Below, one piece after another: positions 19,050 through 29,816 of a DNA stretch of 64,000 nt. The stretch lies in the IMG/VR virus record IMGVR_UViG_3300044647_001784, positions 22,297-86,296 of that record; one strand, given 5' to 3'. The DNA is from a virus. How positions within the stretch are numbered: the first letter of the stretch is position 1; every line of letters begins with the position of its first letter. The notes beneath the pieces were generated by a model. The model was not told where the DNA came from. It did no database searches and was given only the letters and a program-made list of their open reading frames with translations. A program made the translations under genes and the position numbers.

Positions 19050-20417
19050 CTAGTTAAATATTTCGTTTACGGAACCGAGGAAAGAACCGTTCCATTTTGA
19101 TTTGTTTACTGCTTGTACCGCAGACCCGCCGAGGTCTGAGGACTTCTTAATTGCTGTATCGCCTTCTACGGCATCTACACGCTTTTGAACACCATCAATG
19201 GTGCCCTTTATTTCTGTTACAGCTGCACTAAGTGCGCTGTGCTTTTCTGCTAATTCTGTGATTTGAGCATTTAAGCCCTTGCTAAAAGTCTCTACAGTTT
19301 CTTTGATTTCAGAAACCTGTAATGCATTTGCCTCTGTAGCCTTGCTAAGAGTATCTGCAAAGAATCCCTTTAGGTCTACTAACATTTTTGCAAAATCAGG
19401 CTCTTGTCCTTCAACTGCAGCTGACGCATCTGCGTCTACTGACTTAAAGACATCTACAGAAGCAGAGTCTGCATCTTCTGCTTTAGCAGCTGGTGCATCT
19501 TCGACGGCCTTGACGTTAGTCTCAACCATGGTCTCTTCAACGACGACAACTTCTTCAGCAGCTGGTGCTTCTGCAACTGGTGCTTCTGCAACTACTGGAT
19601 CTGTACCGTGTACGTTTAGTTTTTCCACTTCATTACCTCCTTGTGCGTTTGCCTGTTTTGCTATTGTTTGTGTTGCAGGCAACGTAACTCTTGACTTCTT
19701 GAATGAAGCAAGAACTTTATCTATCTCTTTTGATTTGTTTATGTCTGAGCTTTCAACCCATCCAATTAGCGTAGCCTCTTTACCAGTAACTGGAGATGAG
19801 TATGTCTTGTCTGTCGAGATGAAAACAGAGTCGCTATCTTCGCAATAAAAAATATTTTCTGTGACAACATCTGCTGCCATTCCTTTAAAAATAAGTTGAC
19901 CATTCATTTTTTCTATTGAAATAATATTGCACATTTCATTTGCTGGTGAATCTACAATTGAAAGTTCTACTAAGTCATATTCTTTAATAAAACGAACAGA
20001 CTCTCCTGTTGCCTTATTTATTTCATTATCTGAATCTTTAATCTTTCCGCCAATTGAAAAACCAGAAAGAGTTCCATCAAGAACCTTCTCCCAAGTATCC
20101 TGTGCGCCCTTTGATATGTATGAAGTTACATAAACTCCATTATAAAATTCTTTTGATTTTTGATCGTAGTAAGTCTCTGGCTTAAATGAAACTACTTTGC
20201 CAACTGCAAGTGGCTGATGCATCTCTCTAAGATTTCCTCTAAATGCTTCAAATGCCTTTAGGCTTGCTTCTGCTGTTACGACGTCACCAGTTTGATCTAC
20301 ATTATCTAGAGTTGCAAATCCAGACACGGTTCTATTCTCCCTGTTTACTTTTGTAAAAGGAACAGATAAATGAAGGTTTTGGCCGTCAGAAGACCACTGA
20401 CTTTTTTCTATGTTCAT
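19050..20417 (-). CDS. Prohead protease (HK97-type) fused to a scaffold-like C-terminus
   Basis: 'VSGFATLDNVDQTGD', 'LREMH', 'GFSIGG', 'ELSIVDSPAN'; acidic Ala-rich linker and coiled coil. Confidence 0.85.
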   Translation of the reverse strand: MNIEKSQWSSDGQNLHLSVPFTKVNRENRTVSGFATLDNVDQTGDVVTAEASLKAFEAFRGNLREMHQPLAVGKVVSFKPETYYDQKSKEFYNGVYVTSYISKGAQDTWEKVLDGTLSGFSIGGKIKDSDNEINKATGESVRFIKEYDLVELSIVDSPANEMCNIISIEKMNGQLIFKGMAADVVTENIFYCEDSDSVFISTDKTYSSPVTGKEATLIGWVESSDINKSKEIDKVLASFKKSRVTLPATQTIAKQANAQGGNEVEKLNVHGTDPVVAEAPVAEAPAAEEVVVVEETMVETNVKAVEDAPAAKAEDADSASVDVFKSVDADASAAVEGQEPDFAKMLVDLKGFFADTLSKATEANALQVSEIKETVETFSKGLNAQITELAEKHSALSAAVTEIKGTIDGVQKRVDAVEGDTAIKKSSDLGGSAVQAVNKSKWNGSFLGSVNEIFN

Positions 20418-20470
20418 ATGCTTAATTTTATACTTATCTATCTAAAAAGGCAAATCGCAGTTGATTGGAT

Positions 20471-22054
20471 TTAGTCAACTCTGCTTCCGTCGCCTTTTGC
20501 ATTTCTTCCTTCTCCGACTTTATCGGAAGAGGCTGCGGATCTTTCTGAATCTCTGGCTCTAGTTTTCCCAGCCGTTGCTTTTTGGTCAGCTGCCTGCTGA
20601 GGCCTTAGATCTACCATTTCATCTCCGCCTTCCACTGGAATCATACCTTTTTTAATTCTAACTTCATTAGGGGTAATTACCTGCATTCTAAGATATCTTT
20701 CATCTATTTGAGATTGCGTGTCTTCATCAGTTAATGTCAGCTCTTCGAATTTAATTTTTAGGGCGTCAGTCTTTTCTTCAATTATTGCATTAATTCTTTT
20801 TTCTAGTCTCATTTGTGCTGGACGACAAACCTGCTCTTTAAATGTTTTGTCTGCGTCTCTTGCAACCGCTAAATTAACTCCTTCTGGAGTTCCAATTTTA
20901 TTAATTGGCACACGGTGAGCCAATAGTATTTCATCTCTATTAGATTGTCGATAAATATTAAATGATGATTCTTGAGCTCCAGCTTCAACTGGCTCCATTT
21001 TAAATTCAACCTTGTTGTCTGGAGTATCCGCTGGAAGCGGGATATAAAGTGATCTATGGTTTTTCCCCTTTAGTCCAACCTGGAAAAATTCTAGCAACTT
21101 TCTTTCTGACTCTGGAGAAAGTTTTGCTCCCTTTACTGTAATAATATATCTTGGTACCGCTTTATTCTCAAAGTAATCTAGGTTATATCTTCCAGCAAAT
21201 TCATTGCCAGCCAATGACATTTGTGCAGCAACAATATCTGGTATTCCATAATAGTTGTTCATCGGAGTATACTTCTTTAGATGAATGATTTCATTTGGAC
21301 GATCCTCAACATCACCAATTGGGTTGGGTGTATCTAAATCTCCAAAGTTTCTAAAAAATACAGCCTTGCCATAAAGCAGCTGCATGAATCCATCACGAAG
21401 TCTTCTTACTCTCATTGTCTTTGCTGGGATATGTCCAATATATCCTATATCTCCTGCTGTTGTTCTTCCAATTTCAATATAGCCATTACCTGTAGCTTCT
21501 AAATCAGTGTAAACTTTTATTAAAGTTTCAGTAAATGTATCTTCATCGTTAGTAGTGTCGAGCCACTCTTGTAGGTCCTGCTTTAACTTATTAAGCTTAC
21601 GTCTAGCTCTTTCTAATTGCTTTGTATCTGTTATTGCGTCTATAGCATCATTAGTTTTTCTAGTTTCAGTAAATGAGTACCCTAGTCCAACTATATTTGC
21701 TACCTTTGCATTGATTGCAGCATAGTTATAAGTTGATACCTCATAAATTTGAGACAAATACTCTAGGTTATATACTGGCTGCACAAGGTCGAACATAGCA
21801 TATCCAGTTACAGCCTGCTGAAGAAGATTCTGTTGTGTTGCTGCACCATCTTTACCAGTAAATGATTTTGCAAAATCTCTGTTTACTTTTCTTTTAAAAT
21901 TGGTGCCGAGCCCTCTTACTTTTTTAAGTTCATCTATTCCAATTGCAAACGGGTCAACATGCTCTTTTTCTTTCTTAAATGAAAAAAGATCTGAGCTATT
22001 TTTTACTGATACCTCATATGTATCTTCTGGGCCATCTTCTAAGAATTGTGTCAT
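20471..22054 (-). CDS. Portal protein (PBSX/HK97-like)
   Basis: 'DLEATGNGYIEI', 'NEIIHLK', 'YYGIPD', 'YFENKAVP', 'ITPNEVR'. Confidence 0.9.
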   Translation of the reverse strand: MTQFLEDGPEDTYEVSVKNSSDLFSFKKEKEHVDPFAIGIDELKKVRGLGTNFKRKVNRDFAKSFTGKDGAATQQNLLQQAVTGYAMFDLVQPVYNLEYLSQIYEVSTYNYAAINAKVANIVGLGYSFTETRKTNDAIDAITDTKQLERARRKLNKLKQDLQEWLDTTNDEDTFTETLIKVYTDLEATGNGYIEIGRTTAGDIGYIGHIPAKTMRVRRLRDGFMQLLYGKAVFFRNFGDLDTPNPIGDVEDRPNEIIHLKKYTPMNNYYGIPDIVAAQMSLAGNEFAGRYNLDYFENKAVPRYIITVKGAKLSPESERKLLEFFQVGLKGKNHRSLYIPLPADTPDNKVEFKMEPVEAGAQESSFNIYRQSNRDEILLAHRVPINKIGTPEGVNLAVARDADKTFKEQVCRPAQMRLEKRINAIIEEKTDALKIKFEELTLTDEDTQSQIDERYLRMQVITPNEVRIKKGMIPVEGGDEMVDLRPQQAADQKATAGKTRARDSERSAASSDKVGEGRNAKGDGSRVD

Positions 22055-22389
22055 GTTACTGATCCCCCTCGCAATACTGAATCTTTGTATTCGCCTATGT
22101 CAAGCGGGTCTGGTGTAAGTCCCCACTTAAGTCTTTGGTTTTGATATTCAAACTCTTCATCATCAATTTTTCTTCTTCCAGACAAAAACTTAGGCTGTCC
22201 CTCATAAATTCCATAGTGTCTTACTGCATCCGCCAGCAAAGCCATGCGGGCACGATTTCCTTTTTTAGAAGTTATTGAAAGAAAGTTGCCATCGTCGTCA
22301 CCAATCCAGCGTCCGTCTGGCATTTCCCATACGTATATTCCGAGAGTGGTTTCCTCGATTACCTGGCTTTTTTGGTTTAAGATGTCCAT
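22051..22389 (-). CDS. Hypothetical protein upstream of portal
   Basis: 112 aa, 4-nt overlap with the portal start. Confidence 0.6.
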   Translation of the reverse strand: MDILNQKSQVIEETTLGIYVWEMPDGRWIGDDDGNFLSITSKKGNRARMALLADAVRHYGIYEGQPKFLSGRRKIDDEEFEYQNQRLKWGLTPDPLDIGEYKDSVLRGGSVT

Positions 22390-22474
22390 ATGTTAAACAG
22401 TTTATCATTATTCTTAGTAAAAGTCCAGTCTTGATGCCAGCCTGATACACTTTTGTTGCAAATTGTGCACCCTA

Positions 22475-24277
22475 CTAGTCAAATTGCCTTATGAAATATG
22501 GTGTTCCATCCTGACCATGGACACTTTCAGATATAGTTACTCCTGGGTCAGTTATAACCTTTGAGTTATCTGAGCAATAAAGCCTGTAGTTAGTTATTGC
22601 TTCTGCGGATGTAAATGCTTTCTCGTAAAAAGCTATGTTGTTATATAGGTTTGAAGTTCCATATTCTGTATCTAATTGATTTTGATTAAACTTAATATTT
22701 AAGGCTGGCTGATTTAATACAATTATAATATGATGGGCAACATCATTTAGCAAAAATGTCGATACATTAGTCTCTGATGTCCTATTTATACCATTTACGT
22801 ATATGGCAGAAATTCCAGCTTTTGTTATTAATCCGTTAGCCGCCCATTTAATTGATGAGGATGCTGAAGAAAATAATACATTTTGTCCACCCCTTGGAGT
22901 AAAAAACATCTCTATTGTTCTTGGCTGAATAGAAAGATCTACAGAAAACCCATGGCCAGAATGCATTGACAGTCCGTTGTATTTATTTTGCATTCTTACT
23001 GGGTAATTGTATTGTCCTACTGCATAGTCGTATGCTGAGTATATTTTTGATCCAGAATTATCTGCATAAAAATCTTTATTTGAATACATATCAATTTCTA
23101 ACTTATCAAAATAAGGTAGGTCAAAGGATGAATCTTGTGTAGTCATTGTTACCCTTATATCTAGTATTGGGCTTCCTGAGTTCTGGTTTTTGTTGTAGTA
23201 TGGCATCGGAGAATTATTTTTGCAAACTACCCATGGCTGATTTGGGATTTGTATTTCAACCAAAATATTATCTACATCCTGCCCATAGCAAATTCTAGAA
23301 GAAACAATATCTTCTGGATTTGATATATACAGTCTTTCTTGAAAAGAAAATGTTTTTGTTTCTACGGCATCTGTTTCTTCAAACTCAATTCTGTTATATT
23401 CTGAGTTATAATATGCATCTCCAGAAGCAAGTTCTTCTAGTGCTTTTATTCCAGGATACCTATATGAAATGTCTGGTCTTACTGATGCCGAGTTTAATGA
23501 AAAAAGAATTCCATTATTTGAATAAACAATTTGTGAGTACTTTGTCTCTTTGTATCCCGACAGATAATGATTTAATATTTTTGCTTCTTCTAGCTCATAG
23601 GCATATATTGCTGCTGAATCAACAATAAATTTTTTGCCTGAGTTGGCTGGTCCCAAGGATAGGTTTAAGCTTGAATTAGTAAATTTAAAGCTATCTACAA
23701 CTGGACTTTCAGAAACAATTTTTCCATCGACATAAAGTGAAATTGTATCTTTAGAAAACATACCTACAACATGCATAGCTTTATTTTTTGTAATCTTATG
23801 CCAAACCATCTGTGTTGGACTACATTTAAAAATAATATTTTCATTTTTATAGAATAGACCAATTGAATTGGCAGCATCTCCTAGAATAATATATTCGGCA
23901 TTGTCATCTTTGGCTGGACTAAACCATATTTCAAATGAGAATGGGCCATCTGGATTTCTATTCATACCAAGTCCTAGGGCTTTTAGGCTTATCTGTGCAT
24001 TTTCATTTATCTCTGTTCCTCTTACTCCCGCCCCAATAATAGGAAGAACTTCCATATCTGAGGTATTAATTGCATAGCCCTCCATTGAATTTCCAGTGTA
24101 ATCAATTATTGGTAGCCCGCTTACAGCAGCATATGATACGCCATTATCTTTTAAATCTTGATATGTTGAATATAGAGTTGTTAAATTGCTGTATACGCCA
24201 ACTTCTCCAGAACGAACTTCATCTAGTAAAAAAAATGCAACTGGATTATCTTTTAAGACAGTATATTTATATGACAT
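22475..24277 (-). CDS. LamG/concanavalin-A-like lectin-fold virion protein
   Basis: 'VLKDNPVAFFLLDE', 'FSFEIWF', 'HVVGMFS...LYVDG', 'AAIYAYEL...ILNHY'. Confidence 0.7.
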   Translation of the reverse strand: MSYKYTVLKDNPVAFFLLDEVRSGEVGVYSNLTTLYSTYQDLKDNGVSYAAVSGLPIIDYTGNSMEGYAINTSDMEVLPIIGAGVRGTEINENAQISLKALGLGMNRNPDGPFSFEIWFSPAKDDNAEYIILGDAANSIGLFYKNENIIFKCSPTQMVWHKITKNKAMHVVGMFSKDTISLYVDGKIVSESPVVDSFKFTNSSLNLSLGPANSGKKFIVDSAAIYAYELEEAKILNHYLSGYKETKYSQIVYSNNGILFSLNSASVRPDISYRYPGIKALEELASGDAYYNSEYNRIEFEETDAVETKTFSFQERLYISNPEDIVSSRICYGQDVDNILVEIQIPNQPWVVCKNNSPMPYYNKNQNSGSPILDIRVTMTTQDSSFDLPYFDKLEIDMYSNKDFYADNSGSKIYSAYDYAVGQYNYPVRMQNKYNGLSMHSGHGFSVDLSIQPRTIEMFFTPRGGQNVLFSSASSSIKWAANGLITKAGISAIYVNGINRTSETNVSTFLLNDVAHHIIIVLNQPALNIKFNQNQLDTEYGTSNLYNNIAFYEKAFTSAEAITNYRLYCSDNSKVITDPGVTISESVHGQDGTPYFIRQFD

Positions 24278-24280
24278 GTC

Positions 24281-25393
24281 TTAAATCTCTTCTAGTGCTT
24301 TAACTCTCGCTGTAAGCTCTTGTACTGCTTTAATTAATGGTGAAATAAATTGATCGTATCTTAATCCTTGCATAGAATCTTCTTCAGACATATCAATCTT
24401 TACCCAGCCAGCAAAGTCTTCTACTCCAGATTCATCTAAAGCTTCTTTTACTTGCTGAGCTATAAGTCCATAATGAGTTCTTGTTCCAGGAAGTGAAACT
24501 AAGTCTCCATCTACTAATTCTTTCCCGCCCTCAATAAATTTATATTTTACTGGATTTAAATTGTTTATAAAATCTAATCCTAAGTCGGAAGAAAAAATAT
24601 CTGTCTTTAGTCTTTCATCAGAAGTATTTATTGTTCCAGTGTTAGAGTATATAGTTTTCCAAAATCTATTTGATGCTACACCAGCACCCGCATCTATTGG
24701 CTGTCCTATTGAGTACAAGTTATTTGCAAGTGGGTACCAGTTTGAGTTTACTCCATATCCAGACGTTGTTGGAATATTTAATGAAATAGTTGTAGGTACT
24801 GGATCAATAGTTGCACTAGATCCAGGGATTCCTTGTGGGCCTTGTGCTCCAGTTAATCCAGTTGCGCCTCTAGGTATTGTAAAAGCAAATACAGCATTTG
24901 TAGCGGTTCCAGTATTTGTGACAGAAGCATTTGTTCCAGCTGCACCAGTTGTTGTTGTTCCAATTGCTAGTGTAGTTGGCCCTGGTATTCCTTGTGGTCC
25001 TGCTGGGCCAACAGGCCCTTGTGGTAAAACAAGATTTAAAGTTTGTGAGGGACTTGTGCCAGATATAGTTGCATCTGCATTTACACCAGACTCAACAGTT
25101 CCTATTGAAAGAACATTAGATGGTCCTGGGCCTCCAATTATTCCATCTACACCTCTAGGTAATGTTAAGTTTAATATTGCTGCTTCTGGTGTTCCTACAT
25201 TTACTACTGACGCTGGAGTTGATGCGCTAACAGTTGTTACAGAGCCTATCGTTAAAGTCCCTGAAGGCCCTTGTGGGCCAGGATGAGCATCTAGATAAGC
25301 ATCTACATCAGCAGCAAGGTACCCTAGGTCTCTAGGGACGTCTGGCGTGTCTGTATACTGCGGGTACCTAAACCCTTTTCCTGTTGTGCTCAT
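24281..25393 (-). CDS. Tail fibre with collagen-like repeats and C-terminal S74-type intramolecular chaperone
   Basis: GPQG/GPAG triplets; 'TSDERLKTDI', 'HYGLIAQQV', 'LIKAVQEL'. Confidence 0.85.
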   Translation of the reverse strand: MSTTGKGFRYPQYTDTPDVPRDLGYLAADVDAYLDAHPGPQGPSGTLTIGSVTTVSASTPASVVNVGTPEAAILNLTLPRGVDGIIGGPGPSNVLSIGTVESGVNADATISGTSPSQTLNLVLPQGPVGPAGPQGIPGPTTLAIGTTTTGAAGTNASVTNTGTATNAVFAFTIPRGATGLTGAQGPQGIPGSSATIDPVPTTISLNIPTTSGYGVNSNWYPLANNLYSIGQPIDAGAGVASNRFWKTIYSNTGTINTSDERLKTDIFSSDLGLDFINNLNPVKYKFIEGGKELVDGDLVSLPGTRTHYGLIAQQVKEALDESGVEDFAGWVKIDMSEEDSMQGLRYDQFISPLIKAVQELTARVKALEEI

Positions 25394-25413
25394 TTTTTTA
25401 TTATACCACCTAT

Positions 25414-26064
25414 TTACTTAATATATACATGTGCTGGGCTCATGTATCTTGTCCCAGAAGTGATTGGCATAACTTCATGTACATAAGGCTGCTGTGATGG
25501 GAACATAATTAGACTTCCAGCCTTTGGCTTAATTGTAATGTTTTGATTAGGAAAATGAATTTCTCCGCCTTCATAATCGTCATTTACATAGGCTACCAAA
25601 GAAAATGCTAGAGTTGAATCTCCATCTTGCCCATCAAAATGTGGGCCCATGGACTGGCCCTGGTTCCACTTTTTAATTGGAACTTGGTTTAGCTCTAAAT
25701 TATATCTATTTTTATCCAGGTTATTTCCAGCTAAATATCTATCGGAACACATTTCAAATGCCATCAAAAAGCTATTTGCTATGTAAAGAGTTTTTTTATC
25801 AATTGCATCAGACCCAGTAGATTTTTTTAGATTAGATGAAAATATATTTTTTGTAGCCCCGTACACTATAGATTCATTATCGCTTGCTGTCCAGTTTTCC
25901 CACTTTGAAATTCTACTAAATGATGATGGCTCTAAATCTATCTCTTCTATAAAGTCCTTTAAGTACTCTGGAAAACTAAGTGCATTCTCCCAGTACCATA
26001 TATTTTTTTCTACAATCTGCAAATTAAACATTGTAAATTGCTTGAATATTGGCTCGCCTTCCAT
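25414..26064 (-). CDS. 2OG-Fe(II) oxygenase (prolyl 4-hydroxylase-like)
   Basis: HFD ... YVNDDYEGGEIHF ... HEV ... GTRY. Confidence 0.85.
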   Translation of the reverse strand: MEGEPIFKQFTMFNLQIVEKNIWYWENALSFPEYLKDFIEEIDLEPSSFSRISKWENWTASDNESIVYGATKNIFSSNLKKSTGSDAIDKKTLYIANSFLMAFEMCSDRYLAGNNLDKNRYNLELNQVPIKKWNQGQSMGPHFDGQDGDSTLAFSLVAYVNDDYEGGEIHFPNQNITIKPKAGSLIMFPSQQPYVHEVMPITSGTRYMSPAHVYIK

Positions 26065-26065
26065 A

Positions 26066-26818
26066 TTAGCCCTCTACTTCTGATGCTGGATAAACTTCTC
26101 CACGTGGAGTTATTCTTAAACCTTTATTTCTATAGTCTTCCCATTCAATGGCTTCATCTGCCTGCATTGCTCTAACTTTAGCAAGCTCTTCAGCCCAGGC
26201 ATCTCTAACCTCTTGTGGGTAGTCACTCTCTTCTCTGTCATCCCAGAATGAGCCAAGTGTGTACCTGATTGATTTCTTAACTGTAGTAACTTCGTGCATA
26301 TTGTGGAATCCTCCAGCAAAAGTGACTAAGGTTCCAGTTTTCGGAACAATTGTAAGCCCATGCTTAAAGTTTAAAACTCCATCTTCAAAGTCATCATTTA
26401 AATAAAGAAATGTTGCATATCTGCTTCTAGTAAATGCTCCTGAAACTCCATCATTAGATGTATTGTCAGAATGCATATTGGCAAAAGCTCCTGGGGCCCA
26501 TCTTTGAGAATGCCAGCTAATTTGTGACATTTGTGCAGGATCTTTTCCAGCCATATCTGCTGTAACGTCAACTACTCTTTGTTTTAGAACTTGAAAAAAA
26601 TCTCCTGGGAGCCCATTAGCAATTGTATCTGGATCATTTAGCTCTGGAGTTCCTGATGAGTATGACTCATAGAATGAAATTGGCATCCATCTTAATTGAT
26701 CTTTTTCCATTTTAATTGCCAAAACTTTAATTATTGCTTGACATTCTTCTGGAGTAAGAAAGTTTTCATACTCAACTATATCCTCTTTATGTCTTTTAAC
26801 AATCATATTTCTTTCCAT
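26066..26818 (-). CDS. 2OG-Fe(II) oxygenase (prolyl 4-hydroxylase-like)
   Basis: HSD ... YLNDDFEDG ... HEV ... IRY. Confidence 0.85.
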   Translation of the reverse strand: MERNMIVKRHKEDIVEYENFLTPEECQAIIKVLAIKMEKDQLRWMPISFYESYSSGTPELNDPDTIANGLPGDFFQVLKQRVVDVTADMAGKDPAQMSQISWHSQRWAPGAFANMHSDNTSNDGVSGAFTRSRYATFLYLNDDFEDGVLNFKHGLTIVPKTGTLVTFAGGFHNMHEVTTVKKSIRYTLGSFWDDREESDYPQEVRDAWAEELAKVRAMQADEAIEWEDYRNKGLRITPRGEVYPASEVEG

Positions 26819-27636
26819 TAGTACATTTCTCCATCTTCTGTTGGATTGTAAACCTCATACGGAACCTGAACTCCATCTTTAAAATAAATCATATTTCTTT
26901 TGTTTTCGTAATTAGTTCTTTCCATTTCCATCTTAGCCCATCTAAATGCACCAAATTTTCTTTGGTTGGCAAGCCACTCCTCTGTTCCGTTATGAGGAAC
27001 CATTATAAAGTTTCTTACAAAAAACTTCTCATTGGTGTTAATTGTTTTAACGCCATGGTAGTATGGCTCAGTAGAAGGGAATACTAAAATATCTCCTGCA
27101 GCTGGCTTATGGTTTATAAACTTGCCGTCTACGTAAAATTCTATGTCTCCGCCGTCATAATCATCATTGATATACATAGTACATGTAAGGTAAAATTTGC
27201 TTCCAGGCATATCTTTTTCTGAAGTAATATGGTCTGTATGATACTGCATTGTCATCTTATTTGATAGAGTATCTATTTTAGCGTTATACTTTGAGTAAGA
27301 ACATCCACTAAAATGCCAGCCTTCTGGAAGATCAACACCATGTCTTTCTACATAGTCTAAAAGAACTTTATTATAAGCTGCCTCTACTTCTTCAACAAAC
27401 TTTTTCTCTTTGATAAACATTTCGTCAGACAAAACTTCTGTAGAAACTTCTCGCATGTCTTTCTTTTGTGTGTATGTGCCAAAATGTGCCCAAGGATCCC
27501 ACGTCTTCAAAAAGTACTTCCCATCTGATGTTTTTTCAGACTCATTCATTGTTTGATACAGTTCTTGTGGATTAGATAGAACGTTTCTGTAGACATCAAT
27601 TTTAGGATGTAGCTCTATGTACTCTAAATTACTCAT
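26818..27636 (-). CDS. 2OG-Fe(II) oxygenase (prolyl 4-hydroxylase-like)
   Basis: HTD ... YINDDYDGGDI ... HGV ... EKF; start placed at the ATGA overlap (27636). Confidence 0.82.
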   Translation of the reverse strand: MSNLEYIELHPKIDVYRNVLSNPQELYQTMNESEKTSDGKYFLKTWDPWAHFGTYTQKKDMREVSTEVLSDEMFIKEKKFVEEVEAAYNKVLLDYVERHGVDLPEGWHFSGCSYSKYNAKIDTLSNKMTMQYHTDHITSEKDMPGSKFYLTCTMYINDDYDGGDIEFYVDGKFINHKPAAGDILVFPSTEPYYHGVKTINTNEKFFVRNFIMVPHNGTEEWLANQRKFGAFRWAKMEMERTNYENKRNMIYFKDGVQVPYEVYNPTEDGEMY

Positions 27637-28319
27637 GGCTGTTTTTCTCCTGTATGTTTTCTTATCGTCCAAAAAAATGGCGAAGTAAATCTATTTCCAG
27701 ATTTTACTGGTCTTACCCCGTGAGTATAATTCATATCTCCTGGGAAAAAATATGCTGCTCCAGCAACAGGCTGGAACTCAATTCCATGTTGTGGGAAGTA
27801 AAGCTCTCCACCTTCATAATCATCGTTAAAGTAAAACAGTCCAGCTAAATCGTACCATGGGAAATTATTTGGTCTACCTTTTTCTGGGCCAGAGTGAAAT
27901 TCTTTGTCTGCATGAGGCTCTTGTCTTGCACCTACTGGCCAGCGAACAATAGCTGGACCAGTTTCTTGTGCATCTACGCTAAAAAATTTATCTACTTCTA
28001 TTTTTAATCTTGCTATCATGCTATAGATTAAATCTAATATTTCTGGATCAGAAGCCATAAGAGATGCATAGGTACAAACTCTATCTTCCCATACTGTGTG
28101 ATCATATAGCACAAGGCCGTCTGCATCTCTGCGTGTTTCAGTTATATCCCAAATTTTATTATTTTTTGCAAAGTCCATGAGTCTTTTTCTCTCATCTTCT
28201 GATAAGAAATTTCTTAGCTCTACAATGTTGTCTGAAGAGTTGCCAAAAAAACCAGAAGGTGTAATAGATTTAGGTGCATTGTTTTCCCAGTTATCTGCTA
28301 ATTTCATCTTTATCTCCAT
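27633..28319 (-). CDS. 2OG-Fe(II) oxygenase (prolyl 4-hydroxylase-like)
   Basis: HAD ... YFNDDYEGGELYF ... HGV ... GNRF. Confidence 0.85.
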   Translation of the reverse strand: MEIKMKLADNWENNAPKSITPSGFFGNSSDNIVELRNFLSEDERKRLMDFAKNNKIWDITETRRDADGLVLYDHTVWEDRVCTYASLMASDPEILDLIYSMIARLKIEVDKFFSVDAQETGPAIVRWPVGARQEPHADKEFHSGPEKGRPNNFPWYDLAGLFYFNDDYEGGELYFPQHGIEFQPVAGAAYFFPGDMNYTHGVRPVKSGNRFTSPFFWTIRKHTGEKQP

Positions 28320-29037
28320 AATTAATTATATCATTGCTTACCTTAAGCCTTATTGATTTTACCTGGTGAGAGCCTATTTTTCTCTTTAAATGATCAACTG
28401 CATCCCTATAAAAATTTGACCAATCTCCAGAATTATTTAACCCTTTTATTGTTTCCCTGTATTCATTTGGGTCAAATACATCATTGTATGGATTTTGGGG
28501 AAATTTTGAAATATCCTGAAAAACCATTTCAGAATTATTTAATGAGCTTAAATCTATTGGTAGTACTGCTACTACTGGGGTTCCTGCCTTAATGGTTATT
28601 ACTTCATTTGGCTTTGTTATCATCCAGGCAATAGGGAGTGGGCCAGTAAAAAAAGAACTACTCATAATTGTAGTAAACGGAACTGCACCATCAATAAATA
28701 AATTTGGAACTGGCATTGAAAGCAAGCTTAAGTTTGTATCTGTTTTAAAAACTAATCCGCTATTAAAACTAATAGTTCCATTTGCTCTTCCAGAATATGC
28801 ATATTTTTGTCCAGACAATATTTTTACGTGATCTGGGCTGCTATCAGAAATTCCATCCCATATAAAAGATATGTCTTCTGGAAAAGATATTCCCCAGCCA
28901 AGCTGGTTACTTAAACTAACTGGAAAGCATTTGTATGCATGAGATTCAAATGTGTTGTCCATCCACTCTCTTTTTGCAGATAATGGCTCAAGTATACCAA
29001 GTCCTTCTTTAGTTATAAATACTTCTATTTTATCCAT
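28291..29037 (-). CDS. DUF6065-like protein
   Basis: 'REWMD...AYKCFPVSLSNQLGW' and 'IKAGTPV' recall DUF6065; recognised from memory only. Confidence 0.5.
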   Translation of the reverse strand: MDKIEVFITKEGLGILEPLSAKREWMDNTFESHAYKCFPVSLSNQLGWGISFPEDISFIWDGISDSSPDHVKILSGQKYAYSGRANGTISFNSGLVFKTDTNLSLLSMPVPNLFIDGAVPFTTIMSSSFFTGPLPIAWMITKPNEVITIKAGTPVVAVLPIDLSSLNNSEMVFQDISKFPQNPYNDVFDPNEYRETIKGLNNSGDWSNFYRDAVDHLKRKIGSHQVKSIRLKVSNDIINYGDKDEISR

Positions 29038-29734
29038 TTTGGTTTTTGCCAGTTGACAAATCTTCTTCTACCCATTTTGACCTCATTTGCATAAACTCTT
29101 GTCTATGAGCATGGTCATTGTAATCTAACATGGTTACTATTGAAAATTTCATTCCAGATTCAACTGGCATGGCTCTATGTGAAAATAAATATGTAGATGG
29201 GAATATATATAGGTCTCCAGCTTTAGGCTTAATGTCTAAGTTTAATTTAGGAAAATATAGGTTCCCTCCCTCATAGTCATCGTTTACATAAGCTACAAGA
29301 GATACTGTGGCGCTGTATGAAAACCCATGATCAGCATGCTCTTGAAAATGCTGTCCTTTGCCATATCTAATACAATTCATTACTTCCCAGTAATTCATTT
29401 TTACGTTATACATATTACAATAATCTTCTACTGCTGGTAACTGATGCTGCTTTAAATCCTGCCATAAATCTGAAACCAATGATTGTGTTTTAGATTGTGG
29501 ATTAGATATTTCTCCTACCTTAATATCTTCACAATCTCTGTAAGATGGTCTTTTTTCGCTATAACCAACAAATCCAAATGTCCATTCATATCTAGACTCT
29601 TTGTCTTCAATTGCAGACTGACCTATTACATTTAACCTATTTATTACGTCAATTTCTTTTTTAATTACATCTCTATACACCCAAACTCCTGGGAAAAGCT
29701 GTTCTTTAGAAGAAAAATTATATATGTTATTCAT
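29030..29734 (-). CDS. 2OG-Fe(II) oxygenase (prolyl 4-hydroxylase-like)
   Basis: HAD ... YVNDDYEGGNLYF ... HRA ... GMKF. Confidence 0.85.
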   Translation of the reverse strand: MNNIYNFSSKEQLFPGVWVYRDVIKKEIDVINRLNVIGQSAIEDKESRYEWTFGFVGYSEKRPSYRDCEDIKVGEISNPQSKTQSLVSDLWQDLKQHQLPAVEDYCNMYNVKMNYWEVMNCIRYGKGQHFQEHADHGFSYSATVSLVAYVNDDYEGGNLYFPKLNLDIKPKAGDLYIFPSTYLFSHRAMPVESGMKFSIVTMLDYNDHAHRQEFMQMRSKWVEEDLSTGKNQNG

Positions 29735-29770
29735 ACTATGAAGTATAGCATTTTTTAATTAGTAAAGTCA

Positions 29771-29804
29771 ATAAAGGACGGGAGATTTCTCTCCCGTCCT
29801 TTAT
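29771..29804. terminator. Intrinsic terminator
   Basis: ATAAAGGACGGGAG-atttct-CTCCCGTCCTTTAT. Confidence 0.8.
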
Positions 29805-29816
29805 TTGTGTTTTATA

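Noticed and set aside
22051-22389. Terminase upstream of the portal
   Set aside because: No ATPase or nuclease motifs; the terminase is presumably outside the window.
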